64,000 nucleotides of DNA from the NCBI GenBank assembly GCA_964035545.1, contig OZ037771.1, forward strand, positions 507,628 to 571,627, read 5' to 3'. Origin of the DNA: Bugula neritina. Taxonomy: Eukaryota; Animalia; Bryozoa. Below are positions 63,159 to 64,000 of the stretch, in pieces. Both the position numbers and the translations under genes were made by a program. The first letter of the stretch is position 1, and the number at the start of each line of letters is the position of its first letter. Below the pieces are notes generated by a model. The model worked only from the letters and a program-made list of their open reading frames with translations, ran no database searches and was not told where the DNA came from.

Positions 63159-63711
63159 GCAAAACTATTCAGCTATAAGCAGCTGCTGCAGTTTTGCATC
63201 TTGTCTTCAATGTTTACCACACAAACCTTCTTTTTCTGTGTTTTGAGTTGGTTGCTAATAGTATTACTGTTTTATGTGATGAGAAGTTTATTCTTATGAA
63301 AATAAAACATTTCAATGATTATCTTATGCAAAGAACTTTGCCTGGTGGCCCTTATTAATTACACAGTTACGTACTCAGTCACATAGTTAGTCATTTAGTC
63401 ACACAGTGAGTCACTCAGTCCTTCACTCAGTTGCATAGTTAGTCAGTCACTCACTCAATCGTGAAATTTGTCTGTTACTGCTAGACGTCACACCAGACTT
63501 AAACCAATGAGCTTAGATTTTTTCCCTGCTTCTCCATCTTACAATCATGTAGCTTCTTAGCAGTCTGTCATTGCCTCAACGAACAATATTTTGTTGCACG
63601 CAATGCTATACAGACATTGTTGGTTTTAATAATGGAGTCTATCATGAAACTAACATTCAAGGACTTGTTTGTTTGTCGTGTCTGCAATGTTAGCCAGGAA
63701 ACGCCCATTTT

Positions 63712-64000
63712 CTTACCATGTTACCATGTTATCTGTCAGGTAATATCTGCATCTCCTTACCATGTTATCTGTCAGGTAATGTCTGCATCTCCTTACCATG
63801 TTATCTGTCAGGTAATATCTGCATCTCCTTACCATGTTATCTGTCAGGTAATGTCTGCATCTCCTTACCATGTTATCTGTCAGGTAATATCTGCATCTCC
63901 TTACCATGTTATCTGTCAGGTAATATCTGCATCTCCTTACCATGTTATCTGTCAGGTAATATCTGCATCTCCTTACCATGCTATCTGTCAAGTAATATCT
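63712..64000. repeat. ~42-bp minisatellite CTTACCATGTTATCTGTCAGGTAAT(A/G)TCTGCATCTC running off the window edge
   Basis: ~7 copies; source of the spurious ORF 63713..63991. Confidence 0.9.

Noticed and set aside
422-63991. Repetitive ORFs in the track, e.g. (SPGDICR)n, (MPDSYITP)n, (LFSIACR)n, (MLVILFVSSVSH)n and the Y/I/C/T/V-rich ORFs
   Set aside because: They are translations of intronic or UTR minisatellites, often open in several frames and on both strands, with no splice-consistent role

Overview
Eukaryotic, AT-rich, gene-dense invertebrate DNA. A spiralian/lophotrochozoan origin is plausible from the TIR-STING gene but is only an inference. I assembled nine spliced genes by hand from GT-AG junctions and codon phase. 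(1) A membrane protein with a divergent RanBD/EVH1-like PH-fold domain (-, runs off the left edge). (2) A CNG channel alpha subunit (-). (3) A multi-C2H2 zinc-finger protein (-). (4) A secreted WAP + Cys-repeat + chitin-binding-like protein (+). (5) A Cys-rich single-pass membrane protein (-). (6) A FAM194/ERICH6-like protein (-). (7) A soluble TIR-STING fusion (-). (8) PPAT (+). (9) RNASEH2B (-), which lies head-to-head with a tenth gene, a probable mitochondrial RBFA (+). Many introns and several 3' UTRs carry private 13-44 bp minisatellites. Many of these arrays are tandem copies of the adjacent splice junction, and only the exon-proximal copy keeps the frame. Most ORFs in the supplied track are repeat artefacts. 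Best leads: the TIR-STING with intact CDN-binding and catalytic residues, a possible circularly permuted pacifastin-like repeat, the splice-junction minisatellites, the TM-RanBD-like fusion, and a CNG channel lacking both canonical cGMP-selectivity residues.
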